A program made the position numbers and the translations under genes. A stretch of 64,000 nucleotides of DNA from a virus. This document shows positions 25,900-36,191 of this stretch, one piece after another. A model generated the notes under the pieces. The model did no database searches. It was not told the DNA's origin and saw only the letters and a list, made by a program, of their open reading frames with translations. The DNA is taken from positions 4,486 to 68,485 of the IMG/VR virus record IMGVR_UViG_3300036864_000176. One strand, 5' to 3'. How positions within the stretch are numbered: the stretch's first letter is position 1; every line of letters begins with the position of its first letter.

Positions 25900-28437
25900 A
25901 TGGATCTCGTCGCCATCGTCACCGGCAACCTGACAGCCGCCGCCACCTGGGGGCAGACCGACGCGACCAGCAACCTGGTCTCGACCAACACCGGATCGAC
26001 CGCGCTGACGACGTCCGATCAGGACTCGGCCGCCTTCGCGCCCGGTGCGATTACAGTAATCGGCATCGCGCTGCGTCTCGCGGCCCGCGCGGCTGGCTCA
26101 CCGACGAACACCATCACCATCACGCTTCGGAATTCGACAGGGAGCCTTGACGTCGCCGCGGTCACCGCGAACGTCTCGGACCTGCCGGTCGCGGCTGCGG
26201 GTGCCAACTGTGAGGGCGGCTGGCACTTTTTCAAGTTCTCCGCACCGCAACTACTCATTGCCGCGACCAACTACATCGTCCGCGCCAAGCTGAGCGCGAC
26301 CACGACTGCCGTCAGCCTCTGTACCAACGGCACGGGCGCGAACTGGCAGCGGCTCATGGTCACGTCGGGGACGGCGGCGCCTGCGGCTGGCGACGATATG
26401 CACGTCTGTCAGACACTCGACGCCGTGACGAATCCTGCGACGGTCACGGCGGTCACAGTGACGATGGACCAGACGGCGGCGACCGACTATGGTTCCGCCT
26501 CCACCAACGCCTACCTCGCGGCGCTCGACATCAGCAAAGGCGGCACCCTGACCTGGGGGGTGGCGGCGGCGACCGCGTACATCCTCCAGCTCTCTGGCAA
26601 TCTCATCGTCTACCGCAGCGGCACCTACAACCAGGGCACGGTTGCCACTCCGATCCCGCGCGGGTCGAGTGCGACGCTGCAGTTTGATTGCGCGGCCGAC
26701 AACGACTTCAAGATCCGCGTCATGGACGGCGGGACGTTCGTCGCGCAGGGGCTGTCGCGCACAGTCGGCAAGAACATCGTCTGGACGCTGCTGACAGCCA
26801 ACCAGGCGGGGGCGGCCGTGGCGGCAACCGTCGCCGATGACACCGGCTGGCTGAACGGCGACGACATCGCGATCGCCTCGACCTCGCGCACGTACACCGA
26901 AGCCGAAACCGTCACGTTGTCTGGTGACGCAGGCGCGACCTCTCTGGCCCACGGGGCGGTGACGAACGCGCACGCCGGATCGACTGCCGAGAAGTGCCAG
27001 GCCGAAGTCATCCTGCTCTCGCGCAACGTGGTCATTCGCGCCGTCTCTACGACCCTGCAGTTCGGCGGGATGGAGATCCGAGCGACGGCGACGGTCGATT
27101 GTGACTGGGTGCTGTTCCGCTATATGGCCGGCGCCTCCCAGTACGGGCTCGACGTCAACATCACGACAGGTTCCGCGACGTTCTCGTATTGCTGCGCCCG
27201 CGACTGCGAGCAGGGCTGGCTCAACATCGGCGGCATCGTCAACGCCGGCACGCTCACCATCGAGCACTGCGTCGGCTACAACCTGAACACGACCAACAGC
27301 AACTTCTCCTACATTTATCTTCCGAACGGGAGTCAACCGCTCAGCACGGTCACGATCAACGACTGCGTGGCTATCCCGCGCGCCGGCGGGGCGCCGCCGT
27401 TCCGCTTCTACGGGATGTCGTCCTACGTGGTGCTGACGAACATCCGCGCCACGTCCTGCCCCCAGCAAGGCATCATCTTCGCGGGCGCCGTCGCCAACAT
27501 GGGCGGGGCCACGATTGGGCCAATCACCACGCACAGCAACGCGAACGCCGGGGTGCAGTTCTCCAGCGCCATCACCAACGCCGTCTTCGACACGATCTAC
27601 AGTTGGCGCAACGGCGAACATGGCCTCTACTTCGCGGCCGGGACGACCCACGGCAACCTGAACTTCGCCGGGACGGTGGTGCTGTTCGGCAACAACTCGT
27701 GCGGGATTCTCTTCAACGACGAGTGCATGCACGTCCGCTTCGTGGACCTGCGTAGCTATGGCGACAGCACCTTCGCGCAGGCGCGCGGCCTCTATTTCCA
27801 GCGGGCGTGCGGGCACATCCGGGTGGAGTCGGCCGATTTCAGCACGGCGAGCGGGATCTGGGTCGCGCACTCCACGCAAGACATCCTGATCGACAGTGCC
27901 GCGATCGTGGATCTGGTCATCAACAACGCCCTGCTCGCGGCGACCACCGAGCTCACGATGACGGCCGCCGGTGGCGGCACCGCCGTCCGTCTCCAGCGAC
28001 GCGATCGCGTGGCCACGCAGCACGTCACCAAGACCGTGCGCGGCGACCTCACGTACGAGACCACGACGGTCGACGTCTCGCCGTCGCTCAAGATGACGCC
28101 GAACTGTGTCAGCCCGCTGAAGCTCCAGTCCAACGCCGGGTTCTACGGGAAAGGCTTTCGCGTCAAGGCGGACAGCGGGCAGACGGCGACGTTCAACGTG
28201 AAGGTCCGAAAAGACGGGACGTATGCTGGAAACGCTCCCCGTCTCATTCTCTGCGCCAATCCCGCGCTCGGCATCGCGGCCGATGTAGTGGGCGCCACTC
28301 TCTCGGTTGGCATCAATACCTGGGAGACGCTGACCTACACGACTGGCGCCGTCACCGACAACGGCGTGCTTGAATTTCTGGTCGACTGCGACGGCGTCGC
28401 GGGCAACGTCTTCGTCGACACCGCGAGCGCGAGCTAA
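25900..28437 (+). CDS. Tailspike-like right-handed beta-helix protein
   Basis: AEVILLSRNVVIR (as after G8 domains) followed by N..G-I/L-x-F beta-helix repeats. Confidence 0.7.
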   Translation: MDLVAIVTGNLTAAATWGQTDATSNLVSTNTGSTALTTSDQDSAAFAPGAITVIGIALRLAARAAGSPTNTITITLRNSTGSLDVAAVTANVSDLPVAAAGANCEGGWHFFKFSAPQLLIAATNYIVRAKLSATTTAVSLCTNGTGANWQRLMVTSGTAAPAAGDDMHVCQTLDAVTNPATVTAVTVTMDQTAATDYGSASTNAYLAALDISKGGTLTWGVAAATAYILQLSGNLIVYRSGTYNQGTVATPIPRGSSATLQFDCAADNDFKIRVMDGGTFVAQGLSRTVGKNIVWTLLTANQAGAAVAATVADDTGWLNGDDIAIASTSRTYTEAETVTLSGDAGATSLAHGAVTNAHAGSTAEKCQAEVILLSRNVVIRAVSTTLQFGGMEIRATATVDCDWVLFRYMAGASQYGLDVNITTGSATFSYCCARDCEQGWLNIGGIVNAGTLTIEHCVGYNLNTTNSNFSYIYLPNGSQPLSTVTINDCVAIPRAGGAPPFRFYGMSSYVVLTNIRATSCPQQGIIFAGAVANMGGATIGPITTHSNANAGVQFSSAITNAVFDTIYSWRNGEHGLYFAAGTTHGNLNFAGTVVLFGNNSCGILFNDECMHVRFVDLRSYGDSTFAQARGLYFQRACGHIRVESADFSTASGIWVAHSTQDILIDSAAIVDLVINNALLAATTELTMTAAGGGTAVRLQRRDRVATQHVTKTVRGDLTYETTTVDVSPSLKMTPNCVSPLKLQSNAGFYGKGFRVKADSGQTATFNVKVRKDGTYAGNAPRLILCANPALGIAADVVGATLSVGINTWETLTYTTGAVTDNGVLEFLVDCDGVAGNVFVDTASAS

Positions 28438-28440
28438 CTC

Positions 28441-28623
28441 ATGGCGGATACCGGCACCTTCACCTACTGGCTCGACGGGCTGCCGGTGGTCGTCATCGTC
28501 AAGGGGACGAGCACCAGCGGGAGCTTCCTCTACTGGGAGGACGGGTTGCCGGGGGTCGAACCGAACACCGGGGATGCGCCGGTCACGTCCCCGTCACGGC
28601 TCGGCCTGCTCGGGGTCGGGTGA
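28441..28623 (+). CDS. Small protein with internal repeat
   Basis: GTFTYWLDGLP / GSFLYWEDGLP. Confidence 0.65.
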   Translation: MADTGTFTYWLDGLPVVVIVKGTSTSGSFLYWEDGLPGVEPNTGDAPVTSPSRLGLLGVG

Positions 28624-28629
28624 TGACAG

Positions 28630-28986
28630 ATGCCGCCCGCTATGAGTGAGGAGCGCGATCAGCAGCGCGAGCAGCAGCGCGACACCCGCGACCAGGTCCG
28701 CCGCAAGGTCGACTACAGCGTCTTCACCTGGGCGATCGGCGGCCTCGGGGCGTCGATGCTGATCATCTCTGGCTACCTGTTCACCGAGAACGCGAACCTG
28801 CGGACCGCGATTGCCGAACTCAACGGCCTCTCTGACGGGCGGGTGAAGGAGCTCTCGGCCAAACTCGAAGCCGAGAAAGAGAAGAACACCACCGTGCTCG
28901 TCTCGCTCGCCGAGATCAAAGGCGACATCAAGCTGATTCGCGATCAGCTCGAGCGGCAGGTGCGGACGGCGCCGGTCGGGCGGTAG
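28630..28986 (+). CDS. Single-TM coiled-coil protein (holin/haemolysin-like)
   Basis: One TM then heptads ending LAEIKGDIKLIRDQL. Confidence 0.55.
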   Translation: MPPAMSEERDQQREQQRDTRDQVRRKVDYSVFTWAIGGLGASMLIISGYLFTENANLRTAIAELNGLSDGRVKELSAKLEAEKEKNTTVLVSLAEIKGDIKLIRDQLERQVRTAPVGR

Positions 28987-29020
28987 CCGCTCGCGTCGGC
29001 CCGCCGCTACAATCGCAGCG

Positions 29021-29968
29021 ATGCCGCTCCCGAATCCGATTCGCGGCGCTGCCGGAGGCTGGTGGTTTCACTCACCAGCCTCGTACCTGTCTGAACCCAC
29101 CTTGATGTCGGTGGGCCTCGGTGCCACCCCCATCGTCAGTTTCAACATCGTCCTGCACAGCGCTACGTACCTGACGCCTCCCGGCACACTCACCGCGGTC
29201 GACTACTCAGTGATCCTGAAGTATCGCAATGCCGCGGGGACGGGCTACGTCACCCTGACGGCAAACAATCCGATTCCCGATTCGGGCATCGGCCATGTGA
29301 TCCTCGGCGTCGCGCGCAGTGTCTGGGCCGCGCCTTGGCGCTTCGCCGTCGAGTTCCAGTGCAGTACCTGGGACGGGAGCGCCTACGCATTTGACGGGTT
29401 CGCGCGCTTGTACCTGAATGGCTCGCCGACGCCGCTGCTCTCGGCGGAAAACGTAAAGATCCCGATGCGGTTCACGTCGAACAGCAACCTGCGGTACTCG
29501 ATTGCTCCGTTCCTGGACGCTGATCGCATCTGGGCGCGCGCGCTCCCGACCGTGCTGCCGACGGATGCAGACGGGCAGATGAACACGCCTGCGGCGCCGT
29601 GGGATCTGATCTTCTTTGAGGACTTCGACGGGGGACTTTACCCGGCGTGGACCGAATTCACGTTCTCCCCGGGATTCCCGACGACACCGTATCCCTGGTC
29701 GGATAGTGGCGGCGGCGGGAGCTGGGGAGTCGGGGTTCGCTGTAGCCACCCATCCGTGTACGCATGCGCGCCGGGCCTTTTTGCTCACTCGTTTGCGGGG
29801 TTGTACCGCGAAGCCTCTTCTGATGTGCCGGAACCGCCGCCGACGCCGCCTAGTCCGCCGGCCTGCGTCCACGGCTGCGTCCTCACCGACCCGGCCCCGA
29901 TCGCCGGGGGCGGCCAGGGCTGCCGCCTCGGCGGAACGCTCGCCGGGCCTGATGTAGAGTGCGCCTGA
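29021..29968 (+). CDS. Lectin-like beta-rich virion protein
   Basis: DGFARLYLNG, IFFEDFDGG motifs; Trp-rich. Confidence 0.55.
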   Translation: MPLPNPIRGAAGGWWFHSPASYLSEPTLMSVGLGATPIVSFNIVLHSATYLTPPGTLTAVDYSVILKYRNAAGTGYVTLTANNPIPDSGIGHVILGVARSVWAAPWRFAVEFQCSTWDGSAYAFDGFARLYLNGSPTPLLSAENVKIPMRFTSNSNLRYSIAPFLDADRIWARALPTVLPTDADGQMNTPAAPWDLIFFEDFDGGLYPAWTEFTFSPGFPTTPYPWSDSGGGGSWGVGVRCSHPSVYACAPGLFAHSFAGLYREASSDVPEPPPTPPSPPACVHGCVLTDPAPIAGGGQGCRLGGTLAGPDVECA

Positions 29969-29986
29969 TCGATCGGAGATCGCCCG

Positions 29987-30811
29987 ATGCCCTTTCAGAA
30001 CACCACGCTGACGGCCCTGCTGGCCCGCCTGGCGCTGCGTTACGAGTCGGCCCCCTTCTGGGCGCAGCCCTCTGCGATCTTCGCGCTGAACGAAGCCCTG
30101 CGGCTCTGGAACCTGTTGACTGGGATGGCCCGGCTGAGTGCGAACATCCAGACGATCGTCGATAACCCGTACCTCGACCTCACGACCGCGTCGACCGGCA
30201 TTGCTCAGCCGCAGTGGTTAAAAATTACACGGGTGCGGCGGGCGGCCGCGCTCCAAGAACTCAACCCGGTGTCGCTGGCCGGGCTCGATGCGGCGTTCCC
30301 CGGCTGGGAAGCCCAAACCACCGTGACGGCGCGGGTCTCAAGTGTGCCACGGTACTGGGCGCCGGCCGGGGCGGGCCGGCTCGCGATCTACCCGAAAGAC
30401 ACATCCATCGGGGCGGGTGGCAACGGCCCGCGGACGCTGATCATCGACGCGATCAGCTGCGCGAACGTGCTCGTCAATGGCGGCGACTTTCTCGACCTCG
30501 GTGACGATGAGCTGAACGTGCTGGTCGGGTACGCCTTGCATGTGTTGTCCTTCAGCAAGGGCACCACAGCGTTGGCGCAGACGCGGCCGCTCTACCTGGC
30601 GTTCCTCAAGGCGGCGGCTGAGCGCAACGCGATCTTCGCAGCGAGTAGTTTTTACCGGAAGATCATCGGACAGGACTGGACCCGGTTGGCCTACCCGCTG
30701 CGATCGCCGTCGGCACTGGCCACGGCGGCGGCCCTGACAGGAGAGGCAGCGGATGGATCGCAAACCGGAGGCGCCACACCAGCCAGATCAGTCGGACCCG
30801 ACGCCGCCTGA
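29987..30811 (+). CDS. Head-tail adaptor/ring-like protein
   Basis: FW....I..LNEALR...LD...PGWE...PRYW...IYP...LVGYA. Confidence 0.65.
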   Translation: MPFQNTTLTALLARLALRYESAPFWAQPSAIFALNEALRLWNLLTGMARLSANIQTIVDNPYLDLTTASTGIAQPQWLKITRVRRAAALQELNPVSLAGLDAAFPGWEAQTTVTARVSSVPRYWAPAGAGRLAIYPKDTSIGAGGNGPRTLIIDAISCANVLVNGGDFLDLGDDELNVLVGYALHVLSFSKGTTALAQTRPLYLAFLKAAAERNAIFAASSFYRKIIGQDWTRLAYPLRSPSALATAAALTGEAADGSQTGGATPARSVGPDAA

Positions 30812-31142
30812 GCGGCGGCAGACAGCTCGCCGACAGGGAGATCGCCGCCGTGTGATGCTGGGGGCTCCTGTCCCGGTTGACGTGCTCCTACTGCCGCCAG
30901 AAAAATTCAACGAACACGTCGAGAAAACCCTGCACTTCGTCGAAGGGGCGAGCGAGCTGGTGCGGACGGCCTACATGTGCCTCCGCCTGGTGAACGACCT
31001 CAGTCGGCTCTGTCAGCGCGCTCATCGCATCAGCCTGGTGGATTTTCCGGCACTCGACCAGCCGATTCGCGACTTGCGCCGCGATGCGGAAAATCTGGAC
31101 ACGCACGTCCAGATTGAACTGAGCCGACTCACCCAGCCGTAA
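30753..31142 (+). CDS. Helical hypothetical protein with ERR/DRR motif
   Basis: PERRQTARRQGDRRR then helical bundle. Confidence 0.55.
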   Translation: MDRKPEAPHQPDQSDPTPPERRQTARRQGDRRRVMLGAPVPVDVLLLPPEKFNEHVEKTLHFVEGASELVRTAYMCLRLVNDLSRLCQRAHRISLVDFPALDQPIRDLRRDAENLDTHVQIELSRLTQP

Positions 31143-31169
31143 CGGGACAACCGGAATTACAATCCGCCG

Positions 31170-31850
31170 ATGCCCCTCGCGGCGATCACGGACGACACCG
31201 TACTCCACGATCTGATGTGGCGGCACACCGAGGATGCCACCTTCAGCTCCGGGCTGTGGACGCTCACCGAAATTGCCAACTACCTGACCGAGCGGCAGAA
31301 CCGGTTCAACGGCGAGACCGGCCTGGTCCTGACGCACACCGGCGCGGTCCTGGAAGCGGGCCCGGTCCTGACGGGCACAGGAGGCGCCACGTTGCCAGTC
31401 GATCCCTTCAGTCGTATCGCTCTGCCCACCGACTGGATCAGCACGCACCGGGTATCGTGGCGGTCGGCGGACCGGACCTACGCGGTGCCGCGCGGCGATC
31501 GCTTCGCCGCCTACATGCTCGGCGACAGTCCGTTCCCACTGATGCCGCTCGCCTACGACGATTCGAGCGGCGGCACGCGCGTCCTCGAGCTGCTGCCGGC
31601 GATCTTCCCGTCGACGGGCGCGGTCGATCTGCTCTACGTCGGGACGCTCACCGCGCTCACGCTCACGCCCGGCAACCCGGTAACGTTGACGGTGCCGTTC
31701 GATTTCGTGCCCTATCTCGTCTACGGCGTGATGAGCGACATGCTGAGCAAGTCAGGGCGCGGGCAGGATCTCGAGCGCGCGCGCTACTGCGAGCTGCGCT
31801 ACCAGGAGGGCGTGGCGGTGGCGGCACTGCTCGCGGAGGGCTTCGCATGA
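31170..31850 (+). CDS. Head-tail adaptor/ring-like protein
   Basis: LWT..EI..YL..RQ.RF...LPTDWI...VP.DF.PYL.YG. Confidence 0.65.
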   Translation: MPLAAITDDTVLHDLMWRHTEDATFSSGLWTLTEIANYLTERQNRFNGETGLVLTHTGAVLEAGPVLTGTGGATLPVDPFSRIALPTDWISTHRVSWRSADRTYAVPRGDRFAAYMLGDSPFPLMPLAYDDSSGGTRVLELLPAIFPSTGAVDLLYVGTLTALTLTPGNPVTLTVPFDFVPYLVYGVMSDMLSKSGRGQDLERARYCELRYQEGVAVAALLAEGFA

Positions 31851-32038
31851 TGCACGTCGTCGTCAGCCACGCCAATCACGTTGAGCAGTTCCTAACTGCG
31901 ACGCGCGTCTCCAGCATTGGTTGGATGCTCATCGTGGATTGGGTGGACCGCTCGACAGGAGCACCGGCGGAATCACCGTGCCGGGCACAGTTCCCCTGGC
32001 CGTGGGCCGTGACGATTGATGAATCCTGGGTCGTCTGA
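31847..32038 (+). CDS. Small hypothetical protein
   Basis: ATGA/TGATG coupling to neighbours. Confidence 0.45.
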   Translation: MMHVVVSHANHVEQFLTATRVSSIGWMLIVDWVDRSTGAPAESPCRAQFPWPWAVTIDESWVV

Positions 32039-32157
32039 TGGACGCGTGGTTCGTCGCGCACGGCTTCGATCCGGTCAGCTTCGCGCTCGGAATGGGCACG
32101 GCGAGCCTGATCTGGCTCAGTGTCATCTCGTTCCTGCAGTGGTATCTCAACCGGTGA
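32038..32157 (+). CDS. Small single-TM protein
   Basis: Read by hand: MDAWFVAHGFDPVSFALGMGTASLIWLSVISFLQWYLNR. Confidence 0.5.
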   Translation: MDAWFVAHGFDPVSFALGMGTASLIWLSVISFLQWYLNR

Positions 32158-32164
32158 GGCGCTG

Positions 32165-35100
32165 ATGCCCCAATCTCCGCACCCCGTCCGTCCCGCCGCC
32201 GAGTCCCCCGCTGCCGATCACTTGCCCTACGAATCGCTGCCGCTCCCGATTGGGAATGCGGGCGGCATCGATCTCATCTCCCTGCTCGATCAAATCCCCT
32301 CGGGCGCGTGCTCGCGGCTGACCAACGCCGACGCCACGCCAGGCAGCGGCTTCTCCACCCGGCCGGGCCTCACCACTGCGACGACGCATAACGTCAACCA
32401 GGCGATTCACTCGCTCGTGCGCGTCAACGATCCGTCCTCCGATCCGGCACTCAACTACTACCTGACCGGGATGGGCACGATCCTGCGGTGGAATCCGTCC
32501 GGCATCGGCGCGGTCACCGTCGCGACGGGCTTCTCCGGCAACCCGCTCACCTTTGCCGTCACGGCCAACGAGTTCGGCCACCAGCAGACGATCTACGTCG
32601 GCGACCGCACCAAGATGGTGCAGGTCAATGTCACGACTGGGGCGGTGAAGCCGATTGGCCTGCCCGCTCCAGCGGCACCGGCGAGTGTGGTTGTCGCCGA
32701 TCCGCTCAAGACCACGATTGCGGCGTTCACCGCCGCCGACCAGACCGCCGCCGCAAACTGGTTCCTCACGCTAGCCGTGACACAGGGGGCCGGCGTGCCG
32801 ACGGTCGAGGACATCGTCGGCCCGTCCGGGGTTGGCGGCATCCTCGTCGTCGTCCATCCCGGCACGGTCCAGGGCGCGTATCAGTCCTTTGTCTGCTGTC
32901 CGTTCCGGCTGCCGGATGCGTCGTGGACGACGCGCGACTTCTCGGTGGTGGGTCCGGCCGGACCGACGCAGCGGCTGGCGACTGACGACGATCTCATCCA
33001 CCTGTGGATGAAGTTCAACCGGCCGGATCACGTCAGTGAGATTCGGATCTACTTTCAGTGCTCACCGCTCGATAGCCCGCTGCCCGATCCGTTTCCAGTG
33101 CCGGGTACCTCGTCGGAGTCAAACGTCGCCGCCTACATGCGCGCATTCCGGCCGAGTGACTACACCGCCTTCATCGCAGGCGACCAAACCGCCCTAGAAG
33201 CCGCTGGTGGGATCCGCAGCAACGCGCTGCTTGACGGTGTAACGGAGCCAGCCCCGCCGCCGGGAGAGCCGCCGCCGCCGTCCGACACGCCGTCGCAGGT
33301 CGTCACCCCCGCCGGCTCGCGGTCGTGGGCCGAGTTCGGCCGCATCGGCGTCCCGCTCCGGCGCAGCGACTTCATGAAGATCGGCACGGCCGGCCAGGAC
33401 GGCACCGACTGGTCAACGATCTCGGCCCTATGGGTCGTCGTCAGCACGATCGACAACTTCGATGTCGACGTGGCGCTCGACGACTGCTACCTGACCGGCG
33501 GCTACGATCCCGACACCAGCGAGCCGGATGCGACACCCTACGATTACCGGCTGGTCAACTACGACACGACCAGCGGCGCGCGCAGCAATCCCTCGCCCGT
33601 GATGACCGAGACGTTCGACGTCGCCCGGCAATCCGTCACGATCACCCCGACGGCCGCCTACGGCGATGCGAACGTCCGGCAGGAGGCGTACCGACGCGGT
33701 GGCAGCAACGGGGGCGACTGGTTCTTCGTCGCGGCCAACAGCGCCGACGGCGGCGCGATTCTCGACACCGCGAGCGACACGCTCGCCGCGGCGAGCCCGG
33801 CACTGCTCACCGACAACGATCAGCCCGTCACGTCGGTCACCGCGGCGGGCGCGGCGATCTACGGCCAGTCGGTGCGCGCGATCTTCGGACCGATTGAAGG
33901 GTTCCTCTTCGCCTGCGGCGACCCGCACCGGTCGGGCACGCTCTACTGGTCGAAGCGCTACGAGCCCGATCACTGGCCCGCCGTCAATCACCTGGAGACC
34001 TGTCCGGCGACCGACGAGCTGATGAATGGGGCGCTCTATGGCGCGCAGGGGTTCGTCTTCAGCCGCGAGCGGCTCTACTCGATCCAGATCGACCTCACCG
34101 GCGGCAACGTCGTCACCCTGCCGACCGATTGCGACAAGGGCATCGTCGGGTATCTCGCGTTCACGACCGGGCTAGGCGGCATCTACGGCGTCAGTCGGCA
34201 CGACGTCTTCGTGACGCAGGGCGGCGGCCCGCCCAAGGTGCTGTCGAAGCTGATCGAGCCGCTCTTCAACGGCGAGACCGTCAACGGGTATCTGCCGATC
34301 GACTTCCACTACCTGACCGCGATCCGGCTGGCGATCTACGGCGACGATCTCTGGTTCGGCTTCCAGGACACCGGCGGCAGCCGGGTGTGGTGGGTGTTCT
34401 CGCTCATCTACGACCGCTGGCGCTTCGTCTCGTTCGCGCAGCCGGCGTGGCTGGTCTACCCCGAGCCCGGCGACAACACGAAGCGGCAGCTCATTGTTTG
34501 TGGCACTGGTGTCGTCTACGAGCACCGCGGCGTGACCGATGCCAGCCAGCCGATCGCGGTGAACATCCGCACCAATGCCGACGTCTTCGGCAAGCCGCGC
34601 GAGGAGAAGCTGCTCGGCGACGTCGCCATCCGCGCGCAGATGGGCGGGGCCAGTCTCACGGTGCAGGCCCGGCTCAATGCCGACACCGTCGCCAACGCCG
34701 CGATCACCGTCGCCGGATCGACCGCCAACGATCGCTACCTCTTCGATCTATTCGGAACCACGCCGCAGCACGCCGACAGTCTGTCGCTCAATCTCTCCTG
34801 GGCGACTGACGCCGGCACGACCGAGCTGCCCTATATCGACCGCATCGCGATCGACACGGCGATCCAGCCCGAAGTCACGATGAACCGGGCGACGACGTGG
34901 CAGCCGGTGAACGACGTCGGCGAAGGCTACCTGATGGGGTGCTCGATCGACTGCGACACCGGCGGCAGCAACCGGACGATCCTCGTCGAAGGACTCCTCA
35001 GCGGGCAGCCGGTCGCCGTCGCGACGCTCACCGTCAACAGCAATCACGGCCGCCGCCTGTGGTTCTCCTGGCCCGCGCAGCATGTCGACATGGTCCGCTT

Positions 35101-36157
35101 ACGGCCGACCGGCACCTGCGCGCCGTGGATGCTGTTCGGTCAAGCCTGGATCTGCACGCCGGAGCCGCCACGCATCGCGGTGTGGGACTCGGTGTTCGAG
35201 AATCAGTGGGACCAGTACTGCACCGGGCTCGATCTCGAGTGCGACACGTTCGGCCAGACCAAGACGATTCAGGTGCTCGTCGACGGGATCGTCGTCAAGA
35301 CCGACACGATTACGCACACCGGCCGCCTGGTGCACCACGTCACGATCCCGTGGACGCGCGGGCACGTCTTCCGCTTCGTCGCCACCGACAGCCACGTCGG
35401 GCTGCTCTACGCGCACCGCTGGCAGGTCGAGCCGGAGCCGAGCGAGCAGACCAACTGGAACCAGAACTACACGCTCGCCGGCACGATGGCCGACAAGTGG
35501 CTCAAGGGTCTCCTGCTCGAGTGCGACACCTTCGGCCAGGACAAGACGGTCACGGTCGAAGTCGATCGCGTCATCGTCCACACCGAGCTGGTGAACACAA
35601 CCAACCGCACCGTCGTGCACGTCGCTTTCCCGCAGGTGCGGGGCCGGGTGTTCCGCGTCTATCCGACCGACGATCATCCCGGCCGGTTGTATTCATCAGC
35701 CTGGATCTTCGACGAGGAGCCGCTGCAGCTCACCCGCTACGAGACGCAGGAACAGCCCGACGGCATTCAGGATTTCCACATCCCGATTGACGGCCAGATC
35801 GCGATCCGCTCCACGACCGACGTGACGCTCACGGTGACCGGCTACGGCCAGAACGGCGTGGCGCTGGGCGGCGCGCACGTCTATACGCTGCCGTCGACGG
35901 CGGGTGCGAAGGCAATGCTGTCGGCGCACACGTTCCTGACGCCGCAGAAGGGGCTGCTGTTCAAGACGGTCTTCGAAGCGTCGGCCGGCTTCTGGCTTTA
36001 CTCGGAGGAGTCATGGCTGACGATGCAGCCGCTCGGCGGCGGCCGGCCGGTGCGGGTGGCGATCTTCGGTGACGACGATCTCGATCCGGCACGCGAGATG
36101 CGCGATGCCTCACTGACGGCGACGCGCGCGGGCGGCGCTATCAGATCAGTCGCCTGA
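32165..36157 (+). CDS. Tail nozzle/tubular protein B-like (beta-propeller) with C-terminal repeats
   Basis: GGIDL...RLTN...RPG start; LYWSK..EPDHWP; LSKLIEPLF; position before ejection genes. Confidence 0.75.
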   Translation: MPQSPHPVRPAAESPAADHLPYESLPLPIGNAGGIDLISLLDQIPSGACSRLTNADATPGSGFSTRPGLTTATTHNVNQAIHSLVRVNDPSSDPALNYYLTGMGTILRWNPSGIGAVTVATGFSGNPLTFAVTANEFGHQQTIYVGDRTKMVQVNVTTGAVKPIGLPAPAAPASVVVADPLKTTIAAFTAADQTAAANWFLTLAVTQGAGVPTVEDIVGPSGVGGILVVVHPGTVQGAYQSFVCCPFRLPDASWTTRDFSVVGPAGPTQRLATDDDLIHLWMKFNRPDHVSEIRIYFQCSPLDSPLPDPFPVPGTSSESNVAAYMRAFRPSDYTAFIAGDQTALEAAGGIRSNALLDGVTEPAPPPGEPPPPSDTPSQVVTPAGSRSWAEFGRIGVPLRRSDFMKIGTAGQDGTDWSTISALWVVVSTIDNFDVDVALDDCYLTGGYDPDTSEPDATPYDYRLVNYDTTSGARSNPSPVMTETFDVARQSVTITPTAAYGDANVRQEAYRRGGSNGGDWFFVAANSADGGAILDTASDTLAAASPALLTDNDQPVTSVTAAGAAIYGQSVRAIFGPIEGFLFACGDPHRSGTLYWSKRYEPDHWPAVNHLETCPATDELMNGALYGAQGFVFSRERLYSIQIDLTGGNVVTLPTDCDKGIVGYLAFTTGLGGIYGVSRHDVFVTQGGGPPKVLSKLIEPLFNGETVNGYLPIDFHYLTAIRLAIYGDDLWFGFQDTGGSRVWWVFSLIYDRWRFVSFAQPAWLVYPEPGDNTKRQLIVCGTGVVYEHRGVTDASQPIAVNIRTNADVFGKPREEKLLGDVAIRAQMGGASLTVQARLNADTVANAAITVAGSTANDRYLFDLFGTTPQHADSLSLNLSWATDAGTTELPYIDRIAIDTAIQPEVTMNRATTWQPVNDVGEGYLMGCSIDCDTGGSNRTILVEGLLSGQPVAVATLTVNSNHGRRLWFSWPAQHVDMVRLRPTGTCAPWMLFGQAWICTPEPPRIAVWDSVFENQWDQYCTGLDLECDTFGQTKTIQVLVDGIVVKTDTITHTGRLVHHVTIPWTRGHVFRFVATDSHVGLLYAHRWQVEPEPSEQTNWNQNYTLAGTMADKWLKGLLLECDTFGQDKTVTVEVDRVIVHTELVNTTNRTVVHVAFPQVRGRVFRVYPTDDHPGRLYSSAWIFDEEPLQLTRYETQEQPDGIQDFHIPIDGQIAIRSTTDVTLTVTGYGQNGVALGGAHVYTLPSTAGAKAMLSAHTFLTPQKGLLFKTVFEASAGFWLYSEESWLTMQPLGGGRPVRVAIFGDDDLDPAREMRDASLTATRAGGAIRSVA

Positions 36158-36191
36158 CGTCAAAGGACACGTATATAAGTAGAAGTAATCT

